64,000 nt of DNA, from the NCBI GenBank assembly GCA_012295275.1, contig CM022672.1, positions 15,128,001-15,192,000 of the forward strand, written 5' to 3'. A program made the translations under genes and the position numbers. The stretch comes from Chrysomallon squamiferum. Its lineage: Eukaryota > Animalia > Mollusca. Every line of letters starts with the position of its first letter. The first letter of the stretch is position 1. The notes under the pieces are model-generated. The model worked only from the letters and a program-made list of their open reading frames with translations, was not told the origin of the DNA and did not search any database. Below, in pieces: positions 1 through 39,266 of this stretch.

Positions 1-1693
1 GTAGTAAATGAATAAAATAAGTGATCAATAACTGTTTTGACATCAGACTGGGATGACAAAAAGTCTGCACACCAGTTGTTGGCACAGGTAAATCATTTTG
101 GGTTTGAATTTTCCAGCGAGGCCAGATTTAAATTTGACCAGCTGTGACCTCCCGGCTGTTTGTTTATGTGCTAACTAAACAGGGGACTTGAACAAAGGGA
201 CGACAGCTTGCTATAAATACTGTTATGCAGTGTGGTCATCAACCAGGAACTGACAAGTGGACACATGCAACTTCGCCCGATTAAGACAAGGTTCAGATGG
301 CAATTGCTAAAATAAGTGATATGTATTTGTTTTGGTTCACTAAACCAAATGGTGCGAAGTTGAGGGAAGTGATGGGGAGTATGTTGATATTTTTAAAAAC
401 ATTTTTGTTTGGAATATAAAAAAAATAAAAACCTAATTTAATTATAGATGCAGTGTATATTATTTTGTTACTTGTTGTTTTGTGTCAAATGTGAGCGTGA
501 ATTAAAGAGCGACAGATCTAAGAGAATACCAAATAACTTGGGTTAATCAGGTGTGTATGTGTTTGTGTATGTCAGAGAAAGAATGAGAGAGGATTGTTTT
601 GGACATGTTAATTAGTTTAATTTTAATTAACTGTAGGCAAATATGGATTTATTTCACAGAAATAAAATGAATAAATAAAATAATTATAATTATAATAATA
701 ATTAAAAAATGGACTGTTCGGCATTAAAAAAAAAATGATTTGAATTTTAATTTTAACATTGAGTATATTCATACATTTGTTATTATTCACATGTGTAATA
801 AATAAAAAGATGATATCAATGAGGTGAATAAACATTTTCACTAGTTTTGACAGGCTGTGCATTAAAATTTTCTCTAAATATATAAAATAAATAAATTAAT
901 ACAAAGTACTGCTAAATAAAAAAATTCGGATAATCAATCAAGAGAAAAAGTTACTACAGACTAAGTCACAGTGCACTTTTAGACAGCTCAGCATGGTATT
1001 GCATTGATAGGTGAATAATCAGTGATTTGTATGCATTTAGTTCATTCACAAGATCAATTTTTTCTTTTTGTCTTTTTTCTCCTTTTTTTCTTTTTTTCTT
1101 CTTCTTAATATAAGAAAGTAAAAAGTGCATTGATGCGAGAAAAAGGAAATTTAATTCATGATCTTTAACTATTTTTCTACATTGCATATTGGGGCATATT
1201 TCCATTTTCCTTCTTTTTTTCACTCAGTGTACAAGCTACTATTACCATTCATAAATCAAAGTGGAACAAATATTTTAATAAAAACAAAGGATTGAAACTG
1301 AAAATGATTTCTGCTTTAATTTATTAAAATGTTTTCTTTTGTACTTTATTCATTCTTTGCATGTTCAGGTTGGAAAGAAAGAAAAAAAAGAGAAAGATAC
1401 TCATTCATATTTACATTTTGCCTTGCAAAATATCCAATATTCATTCACTCACTGCTTGCTCACAGAGCTAGGTCTTTTTTCCGTTATATAAAATCTTCAT
1501 CGAAAACAGAAACAGAATTAAAACTCTTAATTATTTATTTATTCATTCATCCAGTGTTTTTCTTACTCTATCCTACCTACATCACTCATGTAGGAGTATA
1601 TTTATTTCAACCAGTTTCCTGAAAGTTTCTTTGTGTCAGACTTTTCCTTCATTTCATCATCCTCTTGTCCAGCTCTATCAGCTAGCCAATTAT

Positions 1694-1728
<35 letters not shown>

Positions 1729-3516
1729 TACATGTGTGAATTAAATTTAGTTGCTGCTGGATTTTCTGGCCTGGGATCATGTTTGGCTGGGACAGTGTGT
1801 TTGCATGACCAGGTTTGTAAAACTTTGCTGGTAGGCTAAAAACATCAGATCCCAACTGCCACAGCATACTTGGTCTGTCACACTGTTTGAGTCGGAAGTT
1901 TGAAAAATTGTTGCAGGAATTTTTCAGCTTTGCCTGTGATGTTTTTAAAATGTTACAAGAACTTCTTGTCCCTGCTCTGTCAACTCAGCTCTGAATGTCC
2001 GTAAAAGCAAATTTAGACATTATAAAAAAAATAACCAAATTCACTATAATGATTATAACTAGAATTTAAAGCGAATTATTAAAAAAGAAGATATTGAAAA
2101 GTTATATTTTATTTAAAAAAAAAAAATGTTTTCCTTTTAATTTGTTAAACAAAGGATGGCAAATAAAATAAATATCCTTACTGCATTCATTTACTCTGTA
2201 TAATTGTGTGTGTGTGTGTGTGTTGCATGTAATATGTGCATACATACAGTAATGATTAATTAATTAAATTTAATTTTTACAGAATGGTTTTTAAAATAAG
2301 TCAAACATTCAATTTAAAGTAATAAAACAAATGCATTTTATTATTATAAATCAAATATTACGAGTCTGTTGCTATCTAAATGTTGGAGCTCCAAAAAACA
2401 GTTCAGCCTCATTTTGTATTGTCTTTCTGTTAGGTGACATGCTCAGGTCCTCATTTCACTGTTACATTCGCGGTAAAACTTTATGACTGTACTTTATGAA
2501 CAATTTTATTTATTTTTTGATTTTTTTGTTAAAAGGAAATTTTATTGGCACAAACAATTGTTATGGAATATCTGTGTTACTTATAGCATAGCTAAATATA
2601 TAAATGCTTTCTTGGAAGCGTTTAAATATATATATATACACGTTGTTTGTGTGTGTGAATATATGAGGATTTTCTTTTTTTCCAGTTTTATATATATATA
2701 TTTTATTATTATTATGATTTTTTATTTGTTACTGTTACTATTTTTTTTTTTTTTTTTTTTTTTTGAGTTATTACCATAAAAATAAATAAATAAATAAATG
2801 AATAATTGGAAAGAAAGAAAATCCTCATAGATTTACTTAGTCAATAACTACCTTCACTTTATTAAACTCTTCTCTTTATTTATTTTTATTCTTTTTTTTT
2901 TGAGACCACCACCTACAACGGCTGGTGATCCATAAAATTTGAGTAGGACAGGCTTTCATTTTAGTGGTTGCCATGGATTTAATCATAGGTTGATAAGTCT
3001 ACATCACAGTTACCCAGTGGGAGTTCTGTTTTAGCCATAGGCTAGAGGATGTACATTTTAAAATGCTAGCAATATATATATATATTTTTTTTTAAAGCAA
3101 CACCCCTAGAAATTTTGGTTGATGCACTCAAGCACAGCAGAAAACTTTTATTATTTTTATTTTTTTATTTTACTGTCATCACAAGGACTGCAGTCAAAGC
3201 TTGCTGCATTTAGTTATTTTTCTTCTCTGTATGTTCAGGTCTTTTTTTCTCTTTTTTTTAACAATCTGTTCATTCTACTGCTGTGTTCAAAGTCTCCACT
3301 TAATGGCAGTAAATGTCAGGATTTTTCCTTCCTAACTCTGGTTCAGCTTTGGCGGGTCATACAGTGGTCAACCTATTCAGGTCAAAGCTATCTTTGAAGT
3401 GGGCTGTTACAGCCTGCATTCAGCACAAGGTACAGTGCAAACCACCAGTTGACTGGTGGTTTTATTTTCATCTGTACAGGGTGGCAGCTTTCAAGCTTTT
3501 CCAACATCAAACCTTC

Positions 3517-29034
<25,518 letters not shown>

Positions 29035-29729
29035 AACTGCCACAAATAAGCAGAATAACTGGCAGTAAACTGAGACGTACATACATACATACATACATAC
29101 ATACAGCCTGACACTTCAGTACAAAAAAGGTTGTGAGATGTTACCACACACACATACTTTTTATTTGACATTTAATATTACTGGAACATTTTAAGAAGAA
29201 AAAAGAAGCCGATGCCTAATAATTGTTTGTTTTTCTGTGACAGATGCAAGTGTAAAGTGAGAAAAACTGATACTTGAATGGTCTGGGTTGCTCATGTGAG
29301 GATTCTTTTTTTTTTGAAAAAAAAAAAACAAGAAAAAAACAATTTATGAATGCCAGTTATTGTGTCAGTTTTTTTGTTTTTGTTTGTTTTGTTTTTAAAT
29401 GAGTTAGCCATTTTTATGTGGAGTGTATATTGAATGTGCAAATGAATAAAGGAGACGCTTTAGATTTGGTAAACAACAAACGGGTATTCCATGGAATAGT
29501 GGAGGAGTGGTTGGATCACGGCAGAAGGAACCACTTAAATGGTGGATATATACAAAAGACTATACATGCAGAAGGAATTAGCAAATTTTTTTTGAATAGG
29601 ACTTTTGCAAACAGGATAATAATCAAGCCGTCTGCAAATTGTTTTCTTAGAAATTTATTTTTTAAACGAGAAACAGAAGTTGACAGTCAATTTGCAAAAT
29701 GCCTTTGGTGCATTGCAGGTATTTCTTCT

Positions 29730-29767
<38 letters not shown>

Positions 29768-32700
29768 TGTACAAAATATACTAAATTTGTTGTACATAAC
29801 ATACAATGAAAAATAAATATGTTTGTGTTCTTTTTTTTTTTTTTTTCTTTTTTTTTTTGTTGTTGTTGCATAAAACTGTAAGCATTTCTTACCTCATAAT
29901 GTGTACTGTAGCTGCTGTTGTAGTTGGAGCTTTGTCACCGTGTAGACGTGGCCAGTGTGGTGCATGTGCGATACAAATATTTCTAAATTTATGTTGAAAT
30001 TATCATCTTTTCTTTTACAGTTCTTTTTTCCTGATTTTTAAGATATAATATTTCCCGTTGACATATATTAGATATATCGATTATATTAAAGAAATAATAA
30101 TTATTATTATTTTTTTTTTTTTAAAAAGCAACATCTATTTTTAGAAAAGCATTCACCTGTTTTAGTAAAATTTAAGATAAAATTGAATCCACTCACTTTT
30201 AATTTAATACTTACCATTAAATTAATTAACAAAGAAAGAAATGTGAAAGGGAAATCTTAGTAGCAACAGTTTGAATATTCGGAACTTTCATGGTTTATTT
30301 TTACCCTCATTTGTTAAAAGATAAAGAAAAAATATATAAATAAAATGTAACTTTTCTCCCTCTTAAAAATTTGGAAATACAGACTAAATATGATTTTTTT
30401 ATTATTATTATTTTTATTTTTATATCTTAAATGTGATTATAAATTATCGTAAATATGATTATTTTAAAAATCTGAGAAATGAGCTTAATCAATGCTAATG
30501 TAATGTTTGTCAAATGTTCTCATTTCATTAACATTTTTATTTTCATGTAAGATTGTATTCTTTTTTAAGCATTCTTTTTTATTTTTAAAGTGTTAAAATG
30601 TTACCTTAAATTGTTACTTCAACTTTCAAACACAATTCTTTTTTTATATATATACATATACATATATATATATATATATATATCTTTTTTCACAGGTAAC
30701 ATTTTCTAAATATTATATGTGTATTTACTGTGTTGTATGCATTAAATACACTTAACTTCCAATACAAAAAAAATAATCGGTTCACTTCACATGATGTTAT
30801 TTTTCTATAAATAATTTTTCATTTTAATCTAGATATTTAATTTATACAATGCCAACGGTTTATAAGATCGTATTAATTTCACTCTTTGTTTATCTGTGTC
30901 TGTGTTCATTGTTTAAATCTATCTCGGCATTCTTTTCTACCACTTGCATTCAGTAAAATATATTAAATTTTTTTTTGTTTTTTTTTTTAAAAAACAAAAT
31001 AAAAACAAGATTTACCATGATGTTCCAAATGATAGATTGTGTATGTATATAAAACAAAATTTATATATTTGAAATCATCTATGCTGTTTCTATGTAAATT
31101 GCAATGCTCCATTCATATTTATTCCTTAGTTAAGCATTAAATTGGTTTATTTGTTTAAAATGAAGCCTTTTGAAAATGTTTCATTGATCAAGTTTTATAT
31201 ATTTTTTTTAAATTATACTTTTACAATATTCTTAAATTCTTGGGCATTAAAGAATTATTTTAAAAATTATTTAAAAAAAGAAATAATGATCCAGCCATGT
31301 CAGGCAGGTCAAGGGAGATAATTGTTTTTTGCTTTATTCATTTTTCTGAAAGTAATTTGTAAACAGTCCTTGTGTTTAAACAATCAGTTACCATTGTTTA
31401 AATATCTTTTTGTAATTTGTTTTATAGAAATGTAAATTTGTATTGGTGTAAAATTTAAGGGTTTTTTCTGCAAAGTTCAGCAAATGGTGGGGGAGGTTAT
31501 TTTAAAAAATGATTAGAATTATATATTGAAAATTACCAGAAACTGTTTAAAACAATTTATTATAATTTGCATTAGATTTTGTTCTTTTACATTGTTACCG
31601 GAAAATGTTAGCAAGTGTATCGTTACTTTTTAAAATTTTAATTTAAAATTATTTTCAATTAACTTAAATTTGACATAATAGAGTTCATAATATGTACAAG
31701 CGAATGATAATTTTTTTTTTTTTCATGTACTTCACATTTTGTTGATAATTTTGTTTTCTATTAAGTTTTCTAATCAGAATACAAGTAAAAGGATTATATA
31801 TATATATATATATATATAAAAGAAAAATAATAATAAAAAATGTAAAACCTCATTCTCTCAGAATAAGCTTCTGTTGTCACTGAAAATGGTGTCACTGATG
31901 ACTTTTCTTTACTGCTGTTGCAGTTTTCTTTTCTTTTCTTTTATTCACTATTACTTGTAATAATATTATCATGCAAAATAACAGTTTGGCTCATTTCCAC
32001 ACATACCCCCTCTCAGTATATCTGCTTAAGTTATCTTTCAAAATTAATTTTACATTAAAACAAAATTTAAAACCTCTCTTGTCATTTTATCATACGCTTC
32101 AGCTTAAGTAATCAATACAGAAAATATTAACTGATATTATTATTATTATTATAAATTTTATATATAGTTTAAAAACAAAAGTTGTGTTGGTGATGGTGAT
32201 AGCAGGGTGAAAGCAGGGTGAAATAAAGAAATTATTATTACGGAAGTTATCAGTTTAGTTTTAATGAAAATTTATGTTATTATCAGTAGCATAAGCATTG
32301 TGAATATCTGTGACATAATTGTTAACTACTTTTGGATCTTCAACCTGTGACATTCTGTGTGGTAGAATTAAAAACAGTTATTATCATTATTTTTTTTTTT
32401 TTTATATTTTTTTCTGCTTATTTTATTAACATACCAAGAAATAACATATTTCAATGTTTAGAAAACATGTTTCTGTCATTAATTTTTAAGTTTTTCAAAA
32501 TTTGGTATATTTATTTACTTTTTACAACTTTTTGTTTTTTTTGTTATTATAACTGTCATTATTAGTTCAAGTTATTGTTGATATTATTATTATTAGTAAA
32601 ACAATAACTACACAGGGTGTTAGAGGCTGAAGAAGAAGATGAGTCTTGAGTGTGAAGCACAAATAAATTCAGGGTGTATCCTGCTTGCACTTGGGAATTC

Positions 32701-32944
32701 CTATCTACCTCTCAGAACTGTATTATAACAAAAACTATGTATGCCTTTTTTTTCTTAAATTTTGTGTGCTTTATGCATGTCTCAGAATTGACAAATATTT
32801 ATATATCATATTATATATTATCATATATTTGAATGTTTAGAAATGATGTACTCTTTCTTCCCAAAAGTATATTTGTCATTCTTATGAAATGCAAATTCTC
32901 TCGAAAAATAAAAAAAATAATAAATAATAATTAAAAAAAATATC

Positions 32945-33020
32945 AATAAATCTACAATTTCAGATCTATATTATGGCAATAAAATCATCAATAATAATTT
33001 TTGTTTTGTTTTTTGTTTTA
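32945..33020 (+). terminator. Candidate RNF38 polyadenylation region
   Basis: AATAAA at 32945 and 32978, followed by a T/GT-rich tract near where the + strand T excess fades. AATAAA is common in this DNA, so the call is weak. Confidence 0.3.
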
Positions 33021-36000
33021 AAATTACATTGATATATTTTATATCTTTAGAAATTGTGTATTAATACAACAAATATAATAAAATGTATATTAAAATTATT
33101 TTATTATTATTTTCTTTTTCGAAAAATGTATGATGAATTCCCCTTGACAATAATTGTTTTATGTCATCTAAGTAAGAGATTATTTAAATTGCTTATCTAT
33201 CTGCCTGTTAACAAATTTGGGGAACAAGTGGAATGGGTAGAAAGGCCAAAGTACTGATGTGAAGTTGTCATATGTTTTATTTTTGAACATAAAATTTACA
33301 AACTTGTAAATTCAACAAATCCTTGTTATATGCTCTTTGTGGGGACCTTTAAAAAAATAAATTTAAAAAAATGCCAAAATAACTATATTTGTATGTTTGA
33401 AATAGCCTTGTTCCTTTGCCTCACCCTAGGCATTGCTACTGTTCTCTCACCCAGACTTAGGAAATCCTTGTGATGCTATAGTGAGGCAAGGAACAGACTA
33501 GCAAAGTTCATTATCTTAAAATCTAAACCATTTCTTTACTACTACAAATATGTAATAAATTAATCTTTGAATTTATCAGTGATGATTTTAGACCAAACAA
33601 TTTGCTTGTCTCCAGAAAACCAGCTATTTGTTTGAGTGTGGGATTTTTTCTTAAACTGACTACTTTTAACTCTGGGGGCTCTACAGTACTGTATTGTAAC
33701 AAAATCTATGTCTGCCATAGTTGCAATTGTTTTTCTTTCTGTGATACACACTGAACAATCTCAGTTGCTATGCAGAGACAATCCTCTGACAGCAAGTCAT
33801 TATTATTCACCTGTACAGGAGTACTGAATAACAGTTAAATAACATATTGTTCTTTATTTTTATTTTTTTCATCCAATATATTATAGATGGTATTGTAAAG
33901 TGTAGTATGAAGATTAATAATTTTTGTCTTTTAAATGAAATTATGTTTCTTGATTTCATTATTTAAATTTTAACCTGTTTATTAAAATAGAATACATGGT
34001 ATTCTTTAAAAATATTTTAAAAACTTTTATGGATTGATATAGTCTCAGCTTTCAGAGTATAATAACTTTAAAAAGTTTCATTCTTTATTTTGTATATTTT
34101 AAGTATGTAATTAGCCTGTAACCAGACATCTGACAAATCCAGAAATCCAGACCACGTTAAGAATACGTTAAGATTTATTTTTATTATTATTGGTTTTTTT
34201 TAAATATACACAACTATTTACTGAATGAAGTTTAAATTTTACACTTACAGAGTCAACAATCAGTTTACAAAATTAACATTGGGAAAACTGACATGGTGAA
34301 AGACTAAATTATTTTTCTCATTAGATTAGGTGGACAATTGAAAATAAACAAGGAGGAACACATTCTTGAGAAAACAGATGAGAATGTTGAATTAAAGATG
34401 TGACATAGAAAAGTACTTTGAGTGAATTGCACAGAATAAAAATTCTGCGAGATAAAAGAATAATGGTCACTTTAAAGTTCATTTCAGACCAGTTTAGCTA
34501 TTTTCTGTCCATTTCATTATTTTTTGCTCCATTCCATTTTTTGTATAAAAATGTTATATCATGGATAATCTATATTTTAACCAATACATATATATATATA
34601 TATTTATACATATAATTCCATTTTACTGCCTTCATAATCAAGATATTGGTTTTTCTTTTGAAAATTAGACTAAATGATTGACATAAATATTATTACATTT
34701 CATTAATCCCTTTAAAGATTTTCCTTCTAGTTCATTACAATTATCCAAAAAATTTGCAAACCAATTCAGTGGTACAAAACCAAGTTGTTTTTAAAATCAC
34801 ACTTCAATATTAAAAAAAATTAAAATTAAAAGTTTAATAAATAAAGGAGAAGAAAAAGAAGCTGATAATAATTATTCATGTGCCCAGTGGTTGCATGAAT
34901 CCCTAAAAGATAAAAGTTAAATTTAGTTCATTATCTGAGAATAAATTTAAAAAAAAGAAGAAAGAAAACAAAATTATATATGTAGTCTGATGTTTATTTT
35001 GTGCAAATCACATATTTGCTAGCTGTGTTAAGTCCTTGAGGATTTTTGACAAGGAATGGTCAGTCTATGTATATCAATTTCTGATTTTCTTATTCTTAAT
35101 CAACAACTAATAACAACAATATTTTATCAAACAATAAAATCAATTATACATCTGAACCTAGAGAAACAAACAAACAATACCAAGATAATTTTTCCATTGT
35201 TTTTATTTCATGATTAAATATTTAGTTTCATTTCACAATGAGATCTGCAATGTATCTGATTTGATGTAATTTTCTGAAATTGACCACCACACAATAAAAA
35301 TCTGCATTATATACTATAAATAATGTTATAGTATTGTCACCCATGGACACAATAGTTCAATAATGTTATAATACTACTTTTATAATTCTGGTGCTATTTA
35401 ATTATTCCTCCATGGATTTCAGTCTATGACATGTAGCATTATGCTTTTTTTTTCTTCCCCTTAACAACAGGTGAATTTTTATATCCTGAATGGAAAAGTA
35501 AATTTTCATAATGTTTAATAACAGGTAAATTTTTTATAATCTGAAATGATAAGTCAGTTTTCATCACCTGTTTTTTATAACCTGTAATAACAGGTGAAAG
35601 AGAAAATAAAATTTTAGCAGCATTCTTTTGAAATGTTATGCAACAGCTTTTCACTCCAACACAGAACTGGAATCACATAAAACAATACTGAAGTGATGTT
35701 ATATACATATATTAATGCTAATAAACATGTTTAATAATTATCTTGCCAAAATACCTGAGCCTAGGAAATTAATAAATAGAGAGATAAGAGAGATGAAAGG
35801 TTAGCCAGTATTATAGAAATGACAGAAAGATGGACAGATAGAGAAAACTCATCAAATAGGCAAATTAAAAGCAGAGCAATAATAATTACAGCAAAAGTAA
35901 TAATTTGTATTATATTACATGTAAAACTGACAAGCTTATCTTTGTTCTTTTAAATACAAAGAAAGTTTACTAATCTAAAACAAAAACAAAAATCCAACAA

Positions 36001-37726
36001 TAGAAAGAAATTATACAATCAGAATACTGATAATATATAATTCTCACTCAAGACTAACAGTACAACATAAACTAAAATGTTTTACCCAGTAACGATCAAA
36101 GCTATTATTTCAATACTCTTTTTTTTTTTTTTTTGTATTGATAATTTTATATTATGCTGAAATATAATATTGATGCTCTTTAACAGAAAACAATTTTTAT
36201 TTTAAGCAGCACTTGATTAAATAATTAAAAATGTAAATGATATTTATAAAAGATTGTGGTTCAGTCTGTTATAATTTTGAATGGACAGATATGTGTCTGG
36301 AAATGTTTAGCTGCATATTTGAAATTAAATGAATAATAATAATAAGAATAATATATAAATTCTGCTTAACATTTATTTTGGATTATAAATATCTAATTTA
36401 AAAATCCAGTGTTGAGCTATATTGACATATTGATTATTTTGAAACAAAGTTATAAAAAAATAAAATTTAAATAAAAAGTTTAAAATGATATCATTATAAA
36501 CAGAAACATCTATATAAATTTTTTTTAAAAATTAAACCTAAAATTGTTGAACTGAAAAGTATAAATATCCTTCTCTCAACATCTAAAAATGCATAACAAA
36601 CATAAATAATAAAATAAAAAATCTTAAAAACCCTACACAGGCAAAGTACTTTTAAATTCATTTGTCATAAAAACAAAATTACAAAGTATTAGTTCTTTAT
36701 TTTATACATTTACAGAAATTCGTAACTTTATCTTCAATATCATCAACATGATATTTAACAATAATCTTCATAATAAATAACACAAAAAAAAAAAATTAAA
36801 ACCAAAAATAATAGTAACGAATTGGAACAGGTGTATGTATGTTTCATGTAACAGATTTGTTATAAATTTCTAACAAATAACGGTTACCTGTTATAAAGAC
36901 TAATAACAATAATAATACATACATACATACATACATACCAATAATTGTGTATGTGTGTGCCTGCATGTATGGGTATATACAACAAATTGGTCAATACCTT
37001 TGACATAATGATAATAATGATTAGAAAAAAGAAAACTACATATTTACAATTAATTCAGGAACTGATAAACATGAAATGTTTGTGTATGTATGCATGTGAA
37101 GTAATTTTGTTGTTTTGTTTTATACATTCGTCATATTTAATAATAATAATTTAGTAATTCATGATTCATGCACAATCATGATGGGCTTAATTATGTGTAT
37201 GCAAGCACACATACACACACATATACATGCATACAAAGTAACAAAATAAACAAAACATTAACATCAACATTAACATTTAAAATTTTTTTTTAAATAAAAG
37301 CTAAAAATCTTTAAATAATCTGTAGTTTAAAAAAAAAAAAAAAAAAATAAAAACACTTTTTGAAAAGAAATACGAATACATACATATTATTATTATTAAA
37401 TAAAAATGATTTATATAATAAATTAAATCTTATTATAATACTCTTTTTTTTTTTTTTTTTTTTTGTTGTAAATCATGATTCTAGAACAACTTGTATTAAT
37501 AATCAAATTTATGTAATTTAGAAACCTAAACATTTTATAAATAATAATAGTAGTTGTAGGTATTAATGACATGACCAGTCTGATATTAACAGCCAAAACT
37601 TGATACCCAAACTGTAATTATAAAAATTTTGAAACCAAATAAAAATCTATTAGAAAACAACTACAAACAGTTATAACAAAATAGCACTCACTCTCATACT
37701 TATATTAATTAATATGTCCAAACATA

Positions 37727-37728
<2 letters not shown>

Positions 37729-37777
<49 letters not shown>
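37729..37777. repeat. (AC)n microsatellite
   Basis: Read directly. Confidence 0.95.
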
Positions 37778-37781
<4 letters not shown>

Positions 37782-39125
37782 TCTCAGTGATATACAGATT
37801 AGAGATGGAAGAATGGAAAGACAGAAGAAAAAGAAGGCACAAAGTAAACAATTTCAAACATCCAGTGCAGATATAACAGTATGCAGCCTGGTCAGACAAA
37901 CAGACAACAGACATGACAACAGATAATAGATATATGCTGAATGAGCACTTGGTTTGCCCAAGATAGTATTGTCTCTAAGATAGAATTCAAGTGATACATT
38001 TCTATAAACTGAGCATGGTTCTAACTTTTGAAAACTTAGAGGCATGTAAAGGGACACGTATCATTTTTGTGTTGTCAGTAATTTCTCACATAAATATACC
38101 TTGTTATGCTTAAACAGAAACGGATTTTAAACTAATACAGTTTTACTCATGCCTATCACTGTATATGCATTAGAAAGGTATAATTGCATATTTCTCATAT
38201 AAAAAAAAAAAAAAAGTTTTCTGGAATGTACCACTGGCAGAAACAGAAAAAATGGATTTATAATTTACAGACATATAAGTCATGTTCTATATAAGATCAC
38301 ATTTTGGAATGTACTTCAATACCAAAACTGTCAATTTAAACTTTCAAGATGTGTTTACAGACTCATACTTTTTTGTGTATTAAAAATAACTCATCTTTTT
38401 ATGCCATGTACTTCTTATATAAATACTATGCTCTGGAATGGTATCGCCTAATTAATTAATGTTAACAGAGATATGAAAATAAATACAGGATGGAAATGAA
38501 CTATATAGATGGATATGAACTGAAAGTCTTGTTTAATATAGGGAATAGTTGTGTAAGATGAAAATGATTTTTAATAATGAATGTGACAGAATGGAAGTAA
38601 GGACAATGTTTTGATATGTAACAAGTTAAACATCTGTAGTTTTATAGACATAAAGAACTATATTTATAACATCTGTTTTTGCCTTACATACAGCTAACTG
38701 CAGTTGTGGCATAAGAACAGGCTTCAAAAATTCAGCCAAGATGTGTATAAAAGGAAAAACAGTTTTAAGAATAACTGAAGGACTGAAATGTGAGATGGTT
38801 AGGAAAGATGTTAATAAAATATCTAGTTTCAGTTTCAGAAACATTTGTGGAAATCACCTAAATGTGAGTAACAGTATTTTCAGTAGCAATTTTTCTCAAA
38901 ATCATATAAACCATCAAATACAGATCTAGAAAGTGGAAATACTGATGAGGTCAAAATACAAGGAAATGTATTTTTTACTATTTTTATCATCTTTCACATC
39001 CACGATATACTAGAGAAACAAAATGGTTTTTTTTTTTTTTATCTATCACTTGAATTCTATCAACTTGCAATATCGTAAATAAATTAATGAGCAGGTAATC
39101 ATCGAATATACAACTAGTGTTTGTA

Positions 39126-39266
39126 TTAAAACTTTAAATTTCTCAGACCAGGGCGACCTGCCGTTTTTTCTCCAGCCCATAACTTAGACTTGGCTCGGAA
39201 GTGTCGAAGGTCGTTGCTGTGGTCTTTGTGAAGCATTGGTTTGTAGCCCTGTGGTTCACACATGTG
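39126..39266 (-). CDS. CDC25: Cdc25 terminal exon 15 ([11 protein letters not shown]...[12 protein letters not shown]...LKF*)
   Basis: tttgtcgcag acceptor, 46 codons plus TAA at 39128-39126. Typical Cdc25 tail. Confidence 0.95.
   Translation of the reverse strand, partial: HMCEPQGYKPMLHKDHSNDLRHFRAKSKLWAGEKTAGRPGLRNLKF

Noticed and set aside
3313-3400. Faint likeness of PNSGSALAGH to the human RNF38 N-terminus (NSASLPGH)
   Set aside because: Too short and low in information. The rest of that frame does not align.
29418-29816. 132-aa ORF downstream of the RNF38 stop
   Set aside because: No recognisable domain, a GTG start, and it runs through a poly-T tract. It is most likely 3' UTR.
36000-39125. 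CPE and AU-rich elements in the cdc25 3' UTR
   Set aside because: Biologically plausible, but these motifs are everywhere at this AT content, so none can be singled out.
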